Source: Callorhinchus milii
Lineage: Eukaryota
DNA: 64,000 nt
Assembly (NCBI RefSeq): GCF_018977255.1
Contig: NW_024704935.1
Coordinates: forward strand, 1 to 64,000
Direction: 5' to 3'
Shown piece after piece: positions 10,301 to 23,655 of this stretch (positions within the stretch are counted from its first letter, which is position 1; each line of letters begins with the position of its first letter). Under the pieces are notes generated by a model. The model made no database searches. It saw nothing but the letters and a program-made list of their open reading frames with translations, and was not told the origin of the DNA. A program made the position numbers and the translations under genes.

Positions 10301-13199
10301 AGAAACTACCCTCCATAAAAGATCGAACTTCTCTGAGACAGCTCTACAACGTAATAACGCAATATATGAAAGAAGATATTACATAACTTTTTGCAGCTGC
10401 ATGCGCAGCTCTTCATCCCTAATTTTGGCCGTGGCCCAGAAATATTTGATAATTTAATAATCCTTGTGTTCAATATGGCGCCTTATCGCTTGATTGAGAA
10501 GAACCAAATCACTTGACAGCATTTACAGTAAAAAAAGCGATTATCGCTCCCTCCCCTACCACATCACGACAACCCTGGAAAGCTCTCTTAATGCTTGGAA
10601 AACGGAGTTGTGCGGATTGAGGAAATATGCCTAAGTTTTCGCTATGTCCTTGAATTAAACGTGGATCTTCTAGATAGCGAGGAGAGAGTTATATCCACTC
10701 AGCTGCAGGAATTTAGTTGCAGCTGCGATGCTGTATACCTTCTTAGAATTGTTTTAGCAATTCTAAACGACCCTAAACTACCTTTAGGGTGTCAGTCTGG
10801 CTCACCTGGTAGCAGTTCTTTTCTAATACAGAGACTTGTCAATTCAATCCCTATTGTCTTTTGCTTGCTCTGACAGTAAAGCACTGCATTCATTCATTCC
10901 CAGCACTTCACTAGGGTGTCATCTACGGCTATGTGATTAAAGCACCACATTGGAACGTGAAACCCCAAGAACCTGTACACAAGTGCAACATGCATAAATG
11001 TTTATGCAGCGAACCTCACTCACGAAGATGGGGGAGCCGGGTGGAGCGTATACACAGTCCTATGTCTTTAGGCGCGAACTAAAGATAGGTTACGAAGACA
11101 CAAGGCGGAGCGACACAGGAAGATTATTCCTTAGATTTGGGGCCTGTGGTTGAAAGCAGGGCCACCAGTGGTGGAACGGATTGTACGAGGCACATGCAGA
11201 ATGTCGGAGCAAGTCGAGAAGAGGAAGCCGGTTGTGGTTTGAGGGGTAAGCAGGTCGGAGAGATAGGGATGTGCCAGGGCATGCAGGGATTTGGAAAACA
11301 GTGTAAGGATCTTGAAATCGATCCGCTCGGCAATAGGAAATCAGTGGATTCTGTCTAATACTAGTTTGGTCTGGCTGTGACGTTCAATACAGGTTAGTAT
11401 GCGGGCGATTTTCAATCAGCTGGATCCTGTAACATTTTCACAATCTTTCAGCCTATAATACATCGGTATTATGGGAATTCAGAAATCCTACTGCTGATAA
11501 ATGTTCAAAAAAAACTTATTTGGATTTTGAAACGCTGCAAGAATTTTATAGTAAATAGATATTATCTCCTACAGCGTTGGAAATGTCATGCGCTGATTTG
11601 CACTACAATGTTTTTTGTTAGATGAAAAGCTTTCCAGAAAGCTGTGGTTTCGCTGACGAAACTTGTACGTGTGAATCTAAAAGTTGCATCATCATTGTTA
11701 TTAGTGCTAAACAAGGGAGAGTCTTTACTCCAGAATTGAATATGTATTGATTGAGCCTGATTGATTATGCTGTAAAATTGTAAAATATTAACGGAATAAT
11801 ATTATTATTCAAGTCCTTGTACTGGAATTTTTCTATTAATGAGAGGAGAGCAGAGAATCCATAGTCCCCTTTCATCCTTCTAAATAGGCACTGTTGGCCA
11901 AGTGAAAATAGGCATTGATTTCATAACTCCGTGGGACATTTGATTGCCTGGTTCATCCACAATCATACACAGTTACTGCAACGCACTTCCTCCTCACTTG
12001 ACAGGCACCACGCTAAATGTGAAGATTATTATTTGGTGATTGAGGTTTACCTCACTCTATCGAGGTGACAATCAGCGATGGAAAGTAAGCTGGAACCAAC
12101 AACATTGTCAAGTTAAACTTTAATATTTTATCCGTTTGTCGGTTGTCTGGCAAATTCCCCGAAATCACCGTGGCAAACGAGTTTCCAAACCAAGCTGAGA
12201 ATTCCGTGCATCCCATCTACACAGGGAACTCCCAGGGATAGATTGCTAAAATGGAATGCCAAATTTCTCCTGAAGAGAAATATCCTGCTTTCCGAATTCT
12301 AGAAAGTATTAGGCGCAGCTTGACAAATGTCAAGGCTTGGCGACCCCAGTGTTTGGGTTCGGGTAGCTGCTGGAGTTTAACCTGCTGAAGCCGCACATCT
12401 TGCATTGATTTCATTGTCTGGTAAGCTTTCTCACTGGTTGCCAGCTGGCATTATCTTACCAATTAGTGCTTTGGCTGGCTGGGTTAACAGCAGCTTAAAG
12501 GGGGATTCCGTACCCAACCAATGATTCCGGGTCCTGTCGTTGAGCCAGGCTTGGCTGTGCTGTCAATAATGGTGCACTGCAGACGGACTGGCTGAGGAAT
12601 CCGACTGGACACATTCATATAGGGCTGCATCGGTGCCAATATTCAGTTGCCAAATAGGTCACCTCGGAGCCAGTTCTATTTCAAGTAGACACAAAGTACG
12701 AATACCTTGACAGTTCTGTTTGATATCCCTTATTCCCATTTTAGAGACTACATTAGCAACCAGAATTTGTATGCATATCACTCGCAGATGCAGGTTGTGT
12801 CCCAGAATACATGAGAATGGCAGAGCACTACGCCGAGGGAGGGGAAGGCCGCTATCGGCCTAGTCGGTGTGGTAGATTTTCAGCCATGAATTGAAGTTGG
12901 GGAAGGAAGGGGAAATGCGGAGGAACAGACGAATATTGTTCCATATTCTAGGGGATGCTGTGGCTAACATTATGCCACTGATGCTGGAACAGCGGGCAAA
13001 ATCGTCAAGCTGAATGATTGAGATTTAAGATTGTAAGGATCTTAAAATCGAGTCGTTCAGTGAAAGGGAGAAAGTGGAACCAGGATAGGACTGTTTTGAT
13101 GGGGCTTTAATACATAGGTTGCTTCAATGGGAGCCAGTGGAACCTGGTGAGGAGATGGTGATATGCAGTTTGTTGTTTATAATACAGCATAATACAGCA

Positions 13200-14560
13200 T
13201 TACATTTGTTAAAAAGCCTTTTGCGTCGGCTGGACGTCCCAAGGCGCTAAAAGGGAAAGAGTGGTGCTTAGCGAGGCATGGGTGATGGGGGTACATAGTT
13301 TATTTTGTGTGATAGGGAGCCAATGGAGCCTGGCGATGCATGATATGATGGGAGAACGAAGTTTGCTATATTTAAAAGGAAGCAAAAGGTGAGTGGCGAA
13401 GACTACTGCGATGGGATCGAAACTCCCACACTGCTGACACATTTCAATCCTACCCTTTCATGCCAAAGGTCTGGTATGCGTTGCTGCTAATCAGCATTTT
13501 TCGCAGCTCTCCCTCTGCATCCTCCTCGAGCCACCCGTGACGAGTTTCCACTCTTTCGGTTGCACAGAGATTGTCAAGGTCACAAACTGCGTCCTCTCTT
13601 TCTGTATTCCCCTTGTCTCCGTGTTCTCCTAGATCTCTCTGGACAGACACAGTCGACCACACCATCCTAATCCGTCAATTCTATTCAATCGTCCATCTCA
13701 GTGGGACCGCACTAGTCTGTTTAGATTCCTACCTAACAAACCGCATTCACTTGATCTCTGCATCTCGATCTGTTCACCTTCGTGTACCTAATGGTTTAAT
13801 CTATTATACCCTCCTCAAAGTTACCTATAAGTTTCCTCTTGGCGATGTCATCCGCAGCCATGGTGTAAACTTCCACATGAAGGTGGATGACACACTAATC
13901 TATTTCTCCTCCTCCAGCTGCGATTCCAGATTTGCCAATATTCTCTTGGAATATCTGGCGGACATCAGAATCTGGATGAGCGGAAACTTTTTCCAACTAA
14001 ATGTTGGCTAGATGAATGCAAAACTCATTTAATCCGATTAATATCTCCCATGGTGTGGCTGGAACCTCATGAACCTCCCAGGACTACCCCACAGATTTAG
14101 CGAACCAGTGCTCAACTTTGGCTTCAATATCAACTCAGGATTTTCCTTCGTTAGCCACATGCGGTCCATGATTTGGATCACCTACCTCTTCCTCCGCCAC
14201 ATTGACCTACTCAGACCGTACCTTACACCTGATTCAGCCGGTGAATTCGACTGTGCTTTCATCACCTCCCGAATTAACTTCCCAACTGGCCAATTTGCCA
14301 GTCTCCCCATTTCCACCATTTACAGCTTCCAAATGATCCAAGCACCAACATCAAGTTCACGCATACAAAACTCCGCATCCCCATCACTCCTGTTCTGTTC
14401 AACCTCCAATGTTTCCCCAACACTGAATGGGTTGATTTCAAGATCTTCGCACACATTTTAAAATCCCTTCATACGATGGCACCTCCCTATCGCTGACCTG
14501 CTTGCCCCCAAACCACAACACGCTGCCTCTGATCAACTGGCTTCAGCCTTGTGCATGTCA
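13200..14560. mobile_element. Old L2 fragments (13200-13440 minus; 13450-14560 plus, RT region)
   Basis: DTVDHTIL, LGDVIRSHGVNFHMKVDDTLIY and NFFQLNVG match L2 RT motifs; 3' tail near 13210. Confidence 0.7.
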
Positions 14561-15278
14561 GTCGTACTCTCTGTTCCATCATTGTTCGCCTCCATTCAAC
14601 AAAATTCTGGAACACTCTTCCTCTATCCCTTTTTTTTTCCTTTTCCTTCTCCATCTTTATGTCTCCGCTGAAAATATTCATATCAGTCATAGTTGCTCTT
14701 ATTTGACCACTGAATCAATTCAACTTCTTCAGTAGTTTCTCCTATCGCCCCTACATGGTCAATTGTGGTTTAGTTGAATGCTTTATTCTGGACTCGCTCA
14801 TTTTTTCTATTTTATTCATGGTGATATCATTTGCGGAATTAGGACTCTCTCCATATGTATTATGATGGCACCGAAATCTATCTCGAGAAAGAGGGTCCCA
14901 CTGGCCCATTCCTATCTCCTTGAAATATATTTTTCTTAGAGATCAGACTACAATCCTGCTGCTCCCTTCCATAAACAGAAAAAAGTGACACGAAATCTTC
15001 TTTGTACGCGAAAGTTGACATGAAAAATAAATCGTGAACGGCACAAATGTCTAAATATCTTATAAAGGCGCATGATTTATTTCCATTTCAAGTTCTGCTA
15101 CCAACTAATGACATTACTCCTGGATGGGATAAGTAGGGACTTCTCTGATCTGGACCCAAGATGACATGTTTCACAACAGAATCTAACTTCTGCGGTTGTC
15201 TACATAATGCAGCACCTGAGCCACGAAGATAGGTTGATTTCAGGAAATAATATCTCGGGATACAACAACAATACTAAT

Positions 15279-15308
15279 NNNNNNNNNNNNNNNNNNNNNN
15301 NNNNNNNN
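15279..15308. other. Assembly gap (30 N)
   Basis: Run of N. Confidence 1.
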
Positions 15309-15364
15309 GAAAATGAGAAAGTCACCGGTGAGCGTACGTCGCCTAGTCGGTTTGATGACGTTGA

Positions 15365-15605
15365 GACCTATTAGTGAATGGGTGAGGTAGTGCCCTAGTC
15401 TGGCGATGTTCCGAAGGTGATGGAAGGCGGTGCCAGTTGTAGTGCGGATGTGAGGGAGAAAGGACAGCTCAGGGTCGAACAAAACGCCGAGTTTCCTGAC
15501 TGGCTTTGAGAGATGGAGAGTGCAGCCTTGGATGCTGATGGTGTCAGCGCCTGAGGTGCGGAGGCGCTGACGTGAGCCAATCAGGAGGGCCTCGGTTTTT
15601 CGCAC
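15365..15605 (-). mobile_element. Young L2 internal fragment beside the gap
   Basis: Nearly identical to 24315-24545 ([15 protein letters not shown]...[16 protein letters not shown]). Confidence 0.85.
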
Positions 15606-15881
15606 GCTTATTGTGCTTATTCTGCTGCTTATTGTGTATTTATTTTATTGTAAGCTTTATTTTTATGTCTCTTTTTAATTCACAATTACGCATTTCATCC
15701 GAGTGTTACGTGTGCAATTCTCAAGTGAATATAGCATCTTGTTTGTTCACCTGTCTGGAAGTAATTGCATTCATGATGCAAGCGGTAGATTCATTCTCGA
15801 TATAAGTACACATTTCTTGCGGTGCGATCTCAGTGTGTTCAGTGCATCCTCTGCTTTCAGCAACAATATGTAAAACAGAGC

Positions 15882-18881
15882 ATGGAACTTTCAACGTTGT
15901 ATACTATAATAGGAATCTACTACCCCGTTCTTGTAGCATTTGGAATTCCAGGTACGTCTACTTGATCTATTTAATTTGCTATATTCAATAGGTTACTGCA
16001 TTGGGTGGCAGAAAATAGGAAAGTAGGTATGAGGAGCAGTAGCAGGAGTATGCCATTCAACCACTCGAGCCCGCCTCGCCATTCAACAAGGTCATGACTG
16101 ATCTTCTAACCTAACTCCATCTCCACGACTTGTCCCCATATTCTTTAATCTTTCTATCCTGAAGAAATATATGAATCTCAGTCTTGAATATGTTCAATGA
16201 CTGAGCATCTATAGCCTTCTGGCGTCAATACTTCCATAAAGTCCTACTCTCTGGGTGAAGAAGTGTTTCCTCAACTCTGTTCGAAAGGGCTGACCCTTAA
16301 TCCTAAGCTTGTGATCCCAAGTCACAGGTTCTCCTACCAGGGTAAAGAGTCTCACACGGTCTACTCTGTGAAGCCCCAAGATAATCTAATATGTTTCCAT
16401 AAGACCATTTTACAAAGACTTTTAGAAGTCATTTTACAAAATGACATAACAGGGTGCTGGAAAAAAAAAGTGTGTGAGGCGTGTATTTTGAAAGACAGTG
16501 ACCTATACTTTCATGTGCAGATGAGCAAAATGATTTGAGAATGCAGCTACTTAAGTCAATCAAAGTAGCATCAGAAGTGGAAACGGTTGTGATAAAAGGT
16601 TGACAACGATTTAGAAAGATTTACAAACAATGTACAACACGGAAAGAGACCTCTCATATCAATCAATCCATGTTGGTGTTTATAATCCACGTGTCTTATT
16701 ATTGCCTTCCATAGCCTTCTGTTTCCCTCTCCTACACGCGAAGTTACATCGCCATCTGGAATGCATCTAAATAAATCATTGATTCAGGCGGCAACTCCCA
16801 CAAACTCACCGCGTGAAGCAGTTACTTCTAGTTTATGTTTTTGATTCCATGACCGCTTTCATATATTTGTATCGCGTGGATACTGAATCCCCAAAACTGT
16901 AAGCAGCCCCAAATTGGCACAAGCAACACGGCAGCGTAGATCTATTCCGCGTCCCTGGTCATAATCGCTTCACAGCAGGTCCGCTGCGTTGCCCATCTCA
17001 GTCCATGTTTCATGCACAACAGCTGAAACTCTCATTGAATAACGGATCGATTTCAAGTTCATCACTTTTCCTCGCAAACCAATTCAAATCCTAGCACCTC
17101 CGTCACCTCTCTGTCTCTCTGACCTGCTTACACCACACACCTCTATCTCCTGTCACTCAGCGGTCATGCCACCTACATGTTCCTTGGCCCCTTTTGTCTA
17201 CCATCGCCGGGCATGGTTTCAGATAATGTCCATCTCAACCTCTAGAACTCTGCGTCCATCCCGCCATTAAGTTCCCTGCTTACCTCTCACAAGATCTGAT
17301 CTATCCTTTTTGATAGTTCCTAAAGACTTCCACGTTCTCTCCCAGCTTGACAATCAAGCCCCGCCACAGTTCCACACGCCTTTTAAGGAAGTTTTTCAAA
17401 CGTAATCTGTCCTTGTTGATATAGTACTCTAGGTTCACATAGGAGCATAGATTAGGAAACAGAAGCAATAATTCTGGCTTGGTAGCTCTAGCCGCAGCTG
17501 GAGATATGTATTCGCTTTTGGGCACCGATTTCCAGGAAACAAGCTAAAGCTTTGGAGAGTTGAAAAAAGCTTTATCAGATTGGCACCAGTGGAATTATTC
17601 CGAGAAATTAACTGCGAACGAAAGCAACTGAAACAACTGGAAAGAGAGTTTGCTGAACATAACACGGATTCGCATTTCTAACGAAATTGGTTTAAGCAAA
17701 TGAATACATTTCTTGTTCAAGAAGCAATAAATAGTTTGAAAATGTCACGATGCACTTAAATGACATACTGTAAACTGCACTAACTGCATTTTGTGTGCAA
17801 ACGTTTTTTAAACAATTCTAAGACAACAGAATCCAATATTATAAAGCTTTGCATTTTTAACCTAATACTTTTTATTCATACATTACGTTTTCTATTGTTA
17901 TTGCTTCTCGCAGTTAATTTACTGGCGATTGTGATCCTGACAAGAGGAAAGTGCGGTCTCCCCAAATACATCACTCGCTACCTGGTAGCCATGGCAGTGG
18001 CTGATCTCCTGGTTGTCCTTGTAGATGTTTTGTTGAACAAAATTAACAATCTGTATTTCCCATTAAGTATCTTATTCTACACTCCAGTGTGTAGCGTGAG
18101 AGTTGTGTTAATGTCTGCAGCTATCCACAGCTCTTTGTGGTTCACAGTTGCTTTCACTTTCGACCGTTTTGTAGCCATTTGCTGCCAAAGGTTGAAAACA
18201 AAATTTTGTACTGAGAGAATGGCCACAGTTGTTATTGTAATTCTGTCTGTTTTCAGCTGCTCAGTGAACATTCCTTGGTATTTTACGTTTGATCCTTATG
18301 TTACACTTAACGATATGCCGTGGTACTGTATCATGAAATCAAGCTGTTATACCTTGGACACCTGGAAAGCGTTTGAAAGGCTTCACCGTGTTGTTTCTCC
18401 CATGTTTGGTTTTGCTCTGATTTGTCTGTTCAATGCTCTTATTATAAGGCACATTCTGATGGCCAGTATAGTCCGCAGGAGGCTTCGGGGTCTGAGAAAT
18501 GATCAGAAAACAATTGATTCCGAGTTAGAAAACCGAAAGAAATCAGTAATGTTACTCTTTACCATATCGGGCAGTTTTATACTGTTGTGGACAACGTTTG
18601 TCATTCATTCCTTCAAATGGCAACTTTCCAATTTTAATTATAGCGAAACGTTTGTCAATAATACGCGGTATATTGTTCAAGAATCCGGAATCATGCTTCA
18701 AAGGTTGAGTACCTGTACCAACCCTTGTATTTATGGATTGACTCAGAAGAAGTTTAGAAAGGAGCTTAAAAAATTGTTAGTTTGTCCATTTCATATCTTT
18801 GGTAAATTAATGTCGATGTATCATAAAAAGAAGACAATAAAAGGGTTGGTTACGCACATTGTTGAACTTCAGCAGCATTAA
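15882..18881 (+). CDS. Intact GPR139/142-like class A orphan GPCR, about 345 aa (exon 1 15882-15951; exon 2 17914-18881)
   Basis: Exon 1 MELSTLYTIIGIYYPVLVAFGIP with G|gtacgt; acceptor cttctcgcag|TT at 17913. Phase-1 junction gives GIP-V-NLLAIVIL. Seven hydrophobic segments, FTFDRFVAICC, CTNPCIY, stop at 18879-18881. Confidence 0.9.
16020..16370 (-). mobile_element. CR1 3' fragment in the GPCR intron
   Basis: gcagtaggagtatgccattcaaccactcgagcc and ctctgggtgaagaagtgtttcctcaactctgtt are typical CR1 3' ends. Confidence 0.65.
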
Positions 18882-20761
18882 TGAATATCTCCACGAACAG
18901 CGAAGCCTTCAACATAAGGAGAAGTTATCAGCTTTACATTGTTTCCTTAGAAACCCATTCAATATATCTTACGTTTCAGCTCCTTCTCCCGAAACAATTA
19001 AAAGTGAATGTCTCTTAAACTTCGTGAAGAATTGTTTGATTTTGCATTCCGTGGGCCTTTCCTTTAGAAATAAATAATGATAATCCTTGCATTTGATATA
19101 GCGCTGTTCATGTCTTCTGGACGTCCCAAAGTGCTTCACAGAATATACTGTAAAGAGAATAGACTTTATATTGGTGGACGAACGCGGCAGCCAATTGCGC
19201 ACAGCAGCGTCCCACAAACATTCGTGGATTGAAAATTACCAATCTATTATTGTTTTTGTTTTTTGAAGGGATTATTATTAGGCGTGTGGAGTAAACAATA
19301 TATCATGAAACTTTACGAAACATGATCATTGCCCTCCGTCAAATATGTGCTGAAACATATTTGTTGGGAAGATTGGGAATTTATTTTTAGAATACATATA
19401 AATCTGTTTAAATAATGGGAAAGTAATAAAATATATTTAACACCAATTACAGTAACAGTAACCATTTCATTTGAAATGGCGTCTGATCACATCTACGTCA
19501 AGTCTCCAAGCGCTCTACAGTGTATACAGTAAAGTGGGTTGGCTGTGTATTTTGTGAGCCAAATGCGGAAGTGAATTGCGCACAGCAGTGTCCTACGCAC
19601 AATTGTTGATTGAGTGATCGATTTATTATTTTCTTTTAAGGTAAGTTTAGTTGCAGACGTAGGTTGCTATAAACTGTTAAGTAAGCAGGCGAGAGCAGTA
19701 AGGAAACTTGCCTAACATTTCTGCCTGCTTGCAATCTAAAACAATAACAACATGGGCAATTCATTAATTGATTTCTGAGATTCTGAAATGTGCTCATCAA
19801 ATTAGTTTTGTGCTGTGGTGTGAGGAAAAATCGATACAGGCACATGGACAGATATGCTTCGAAGTCTGCTTTAGGCGCAACCATTATGCACATGTTCAAA
19901 TTAGAAGAGTTCACCCCCAAAGATAGTGATTAGCAATATATTGTTACATATATATGTCATATTTTAAATATTTTATCATTATTATTATTTTGAAATACAA
20001 TTTTAAATGCACATTCATGAACATTGCATTTTGCATCGATGATTTGTTAACTACAGAAAAACATTTTAAAAAATCGACGTCATTATCTAAACCTACTTCA
20101 ACTGGATTATAGTTCACAAATTCCAAAAAAAAGATATTTCGGCATTGAATGAACTATTTCTCCGTTGAGGAAACACAAGTTCTTCTCCAGGCCCAGAATT
20201 CTCCTTGATCAGCAGAAATGACACTACATTGCGTGCAAGAAGACTGACTGTGGCATTTCAAATCATCTGTCGCAAACCTGTTTGATCTGGTGCAAAGAGG
20301 GCATTTTCTCAAAATATTTCCTTGAAAGTTTGATTTTTGTGATAGACATCTTAAGCAGATGAAGTCACTGTACGTTTGGATATTTCTCCGTGTTTCGTTT
20401 ATATACCATATAATTCAGGATCAGATGCTGAGGTAGCACAGGAATGAACAATGAAGGTTGTTCCCAGTTGCCTCTTCAACAACCATCTCAAGATTCAAGA
20501 CCTGCCGCTTCGACTTCGCCTTTAACTACCCTGCTACCTCCTGTCCTCCACCTTCCTCAATCGCGACCCCCAGATTGGGGCTGAAACACTGATTGTCGAT
20601 AGCGTTGGGACATCCTCCCGTCCTGAAAAGCGCTGTAGAAATTTAAGATTGTTGTTGCTGTTGTTTTATCCCCAGATACTATGTTCCTAACAGATATTTA
20701 TCTAAGTTTCTTTGAAACAAACAGCGCTTTCTGCTCCAGCGACTGTGTCCCTCGGGAGTTG

Positions 20762-21050
20762 GTCCCACACGGTCACTGCCCACTCACTGATGGGGCCGAG
20801 GGTTGGAGGCTGTGCTGCTGCTCAGGTTGGAGTGGGTCCACACGGTCACTGCCCGCTCACTGATGGGGCCGAGGGTTCGAGGCGGTGCCAGTGCTCAGGT
20901 TGGAGTGGGTCCCACACGGTCACTTCCCGCTCACTGATGGGGCTGAGGGTTGGAGGCGGTGCCCGTGCTCAGGTTGGAGTGAGTCCCACACGGTCACTCT
21001 CCGCTCACTGATGGGGCCGAGGGTTGGAGGCTATGGTGGTGCTCAGGTTT
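20762..21050. repeat. 74-bp GC-rich minisatellite, about 4 copies
   Basis: Unit gtcccacacggtcactgcccgctcactgatggggccgagggttggaggcggtgccagtgctcaggttggagtgg starts at 20762, 20836, 20909 and 20983. Confidence 0.95.
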
Positions 21051-22340
21051 GAGCGGAGGTTGTGACGGGAAGTGAAGGTCGGGGCTGAGCGACATCAGCT
21101 CCACATTGTGTCCCGTTCAGGGAAAGCCGTCTGTGCCTATCGTCGCTGAACGGCCACAACACGGCCTGACGTTCAGTTCCAATATTGAGCCCCTGTAGCC
21201 ACCAGGCAGCACAGCAACAGCTAATGATGTTCATTAACATCAGCCACAGCATCAGAGGGGCCTGACACACAATGTGCGGCAGCACTGTGTGACAATCTCT
21301 GTTATCTATGTGTCAAGCTCAGCGTCTGCTCCTCGTCTCACTGTGTTTAACAACATGTATATTACCCGTGTAACATTTTATAATCTGTGCAATTGCACAC
21401 GAAAGCTTGTCCTTCAGATTACCCCTTGCACATTGGGCCACCGTCTCAAATCCGATTTACAATCAAGTGAATGTTGCATTTGTAAACGAATGTGGCAGCG
21501 AATTTGCATAGAGCAAAGTCTACGTTAAGTAGCATTTCACAATATAAACAGCAGAATCTATAATTCAGCTCCTAATATCTGAAATAATAGTTATTGGATT
21601 TGGTACAGCACTTTTCGCAACGTCTAGACATCTCAAAATATTTCACAGCATAAACTGTAAGGTGAATTGATATATATTTGTGGGCGAAACAAAGTTGCCA
21701 ACTGTGCACAGCAGAATCTCACAAACAGTCGTGCATTGAGCTCACCAATTTATTATTGCTTTTATACTTTTCTTGAGGGATTATTTTCAGGCATGTGGAG
21801 AAAGGTAACTTGCCCAAGGTATGTCCCTCCGGGGAGCAGAATCCAGGTCTCTGAATTGTGAGGCGAACGCTCTAACCATTGAGCTGCATAAATCTACTGT
21901 TATAGTGTAAAATGTAGTAATTTTACAAAAGCGGCAGACAATTGCGCACAGCACTGTCCCACAAATATTTATTGATTGAGATACAAAATTATTATCATCA
22001 TTTTGGAGGGATTATTACCGAAAGAATAGCGATCTGCCGAAATCTGCGGATTGGCTGGATCCTGCTTGCTGCTTGGCAAACATAGACGTGTGGGTAGGAA
22101 GTGAGGAATATTGCCAAAGGTTTCACGCTGCTGGAAATCGAACCCAGGTCCTCTCGCTTACGAGGCGAGTGTTCTAAACACAACACTGCATGACTCCACT
22201 GAATATGTCTGTGGGTGAGGCGGGAATGAGGTGTGGGTAAATAAGTGGGTGAGTCTGTCGATGAGGGTGAGCCCTGCAGGCAGTAGAGGAGGAGGCGGTA
22301 TAACACAAAGAGAAGGCAACAGATGCATGTACGTATATAT

Positions 22341-22410
22341 CAGGTACTCCAATAACTGCGGGAATTGGATAGTAAATAATTGCAATGTCTAGTATTGTTC
22401 GAAGCCTCAT
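22341..22410 (-). pseudogene. Orphan duplicate of GPCR exon 1 with a dead splice donor
   Basis: MRLRTILDIAIIYYPIPAVIGVP then G|atatat (GT replaced by AT); paralog of 35454-35523. Confidence 0.85.
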
Positions 22411-23655
22411 TTGCTTGTGAGCGAAGTGTGTCTGTCACCGTAAATAATTCGACCTATGATGAACAGCAGACCAACACAATCACGTTAATATTTATAGAGG
22501 AAAGACTTGGCTCTTGAGACAGTGAGATAGCTGATCACATCATCATACTCACTAATGACGGTTATTTCAATTCAACATATAATAAAAAAGAAAAACCCTT
22601 TCATTTTATAAGTGCCTTATCATGTTTTCGAGATGTAACATAGCGCAGCACGGACTATAATGTGACATGAATTGACCGTATATTTTGTTGGCAAAACGCG
22701 GCAGCCGATGGTGCATAGCAGTGTCCCACAAAGAGTCACGGAATAAATCAGCTGGTTTTCTTCTCAGTATTATTATTTTCAAGGAGTTGTTAAACTATTT
22801 AAAGCAATCTGCCAATCAATGTATAACCGGGTTGCTACTTATTGCTCGGTAAACAGTGGCGTGTGCATCAATGAAACTTGCCCAACATTTCACTCTGCCA
22901 GGAGTTGAAACCCGTCTCTCACTTGCGGGCAGAGTGCACTAAACACTGAGCTACCGGACTTCACATTCCATCGCAGGATTTCGCCTCCTTGGAAATGTTC
23001 GTTTTCAAGGGCAAATCCTATTCCCTTTTGAAAGCAACTATCCAATCTGTTTCCACAACCTTTCATAGCATGCTCTCCACATGGTATCCACATGATGGGC
23101 AAAACAATTCTGACCGTGTACTCCTTGGTTATTTGCCAGTTCTGTGTCCGCTGGTTACCGACCCACCTTCCAGAAGAAACCGTTTCTACTTATTTACTGC
23201 ATAAAAACTAACATAATTTGGAGCAACTTTATTAAAATTCCCTTTAAACTTCTGTACTCTATGCAGAATAATTCAGAATCTCAGATCACGCCAAATTATC
23301 TGAACAATAGGTGCAGCTTATTTTTATTGTTGTTATCTTCATATATTGCTTTTATTGTTACCGTAACGGAGCAATTTACAACAGAAGAGATGGCATTTAG
23401 TCTGTGGTGGTTCTTCTCCATATACAAAGAAAACTACCAGCTAGGCGAAAAGCTAAAGAGTGGGACATCAAAAAAGGCGAACTCTGGATTAATCCCAGTA
23501 TATCTTGCAATTGAGCATCAAAATACCAGGGTCAAACACATAAATGCTTGCCTTGAGAATTGGTGCTGCAAATTGGGCTTCACTTTACGGCATCACTGGG
23601 AACAGTCCTGCGGCAGGTGGGACCTGCACAAAGTGGATGGATATCGTGAACAGGA

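Noticed and set aside
20762-21050. CRISPR-like array
   Set aside because: Units are contiguous with no unique spacers, no cas genes, and the context is vertebrate.
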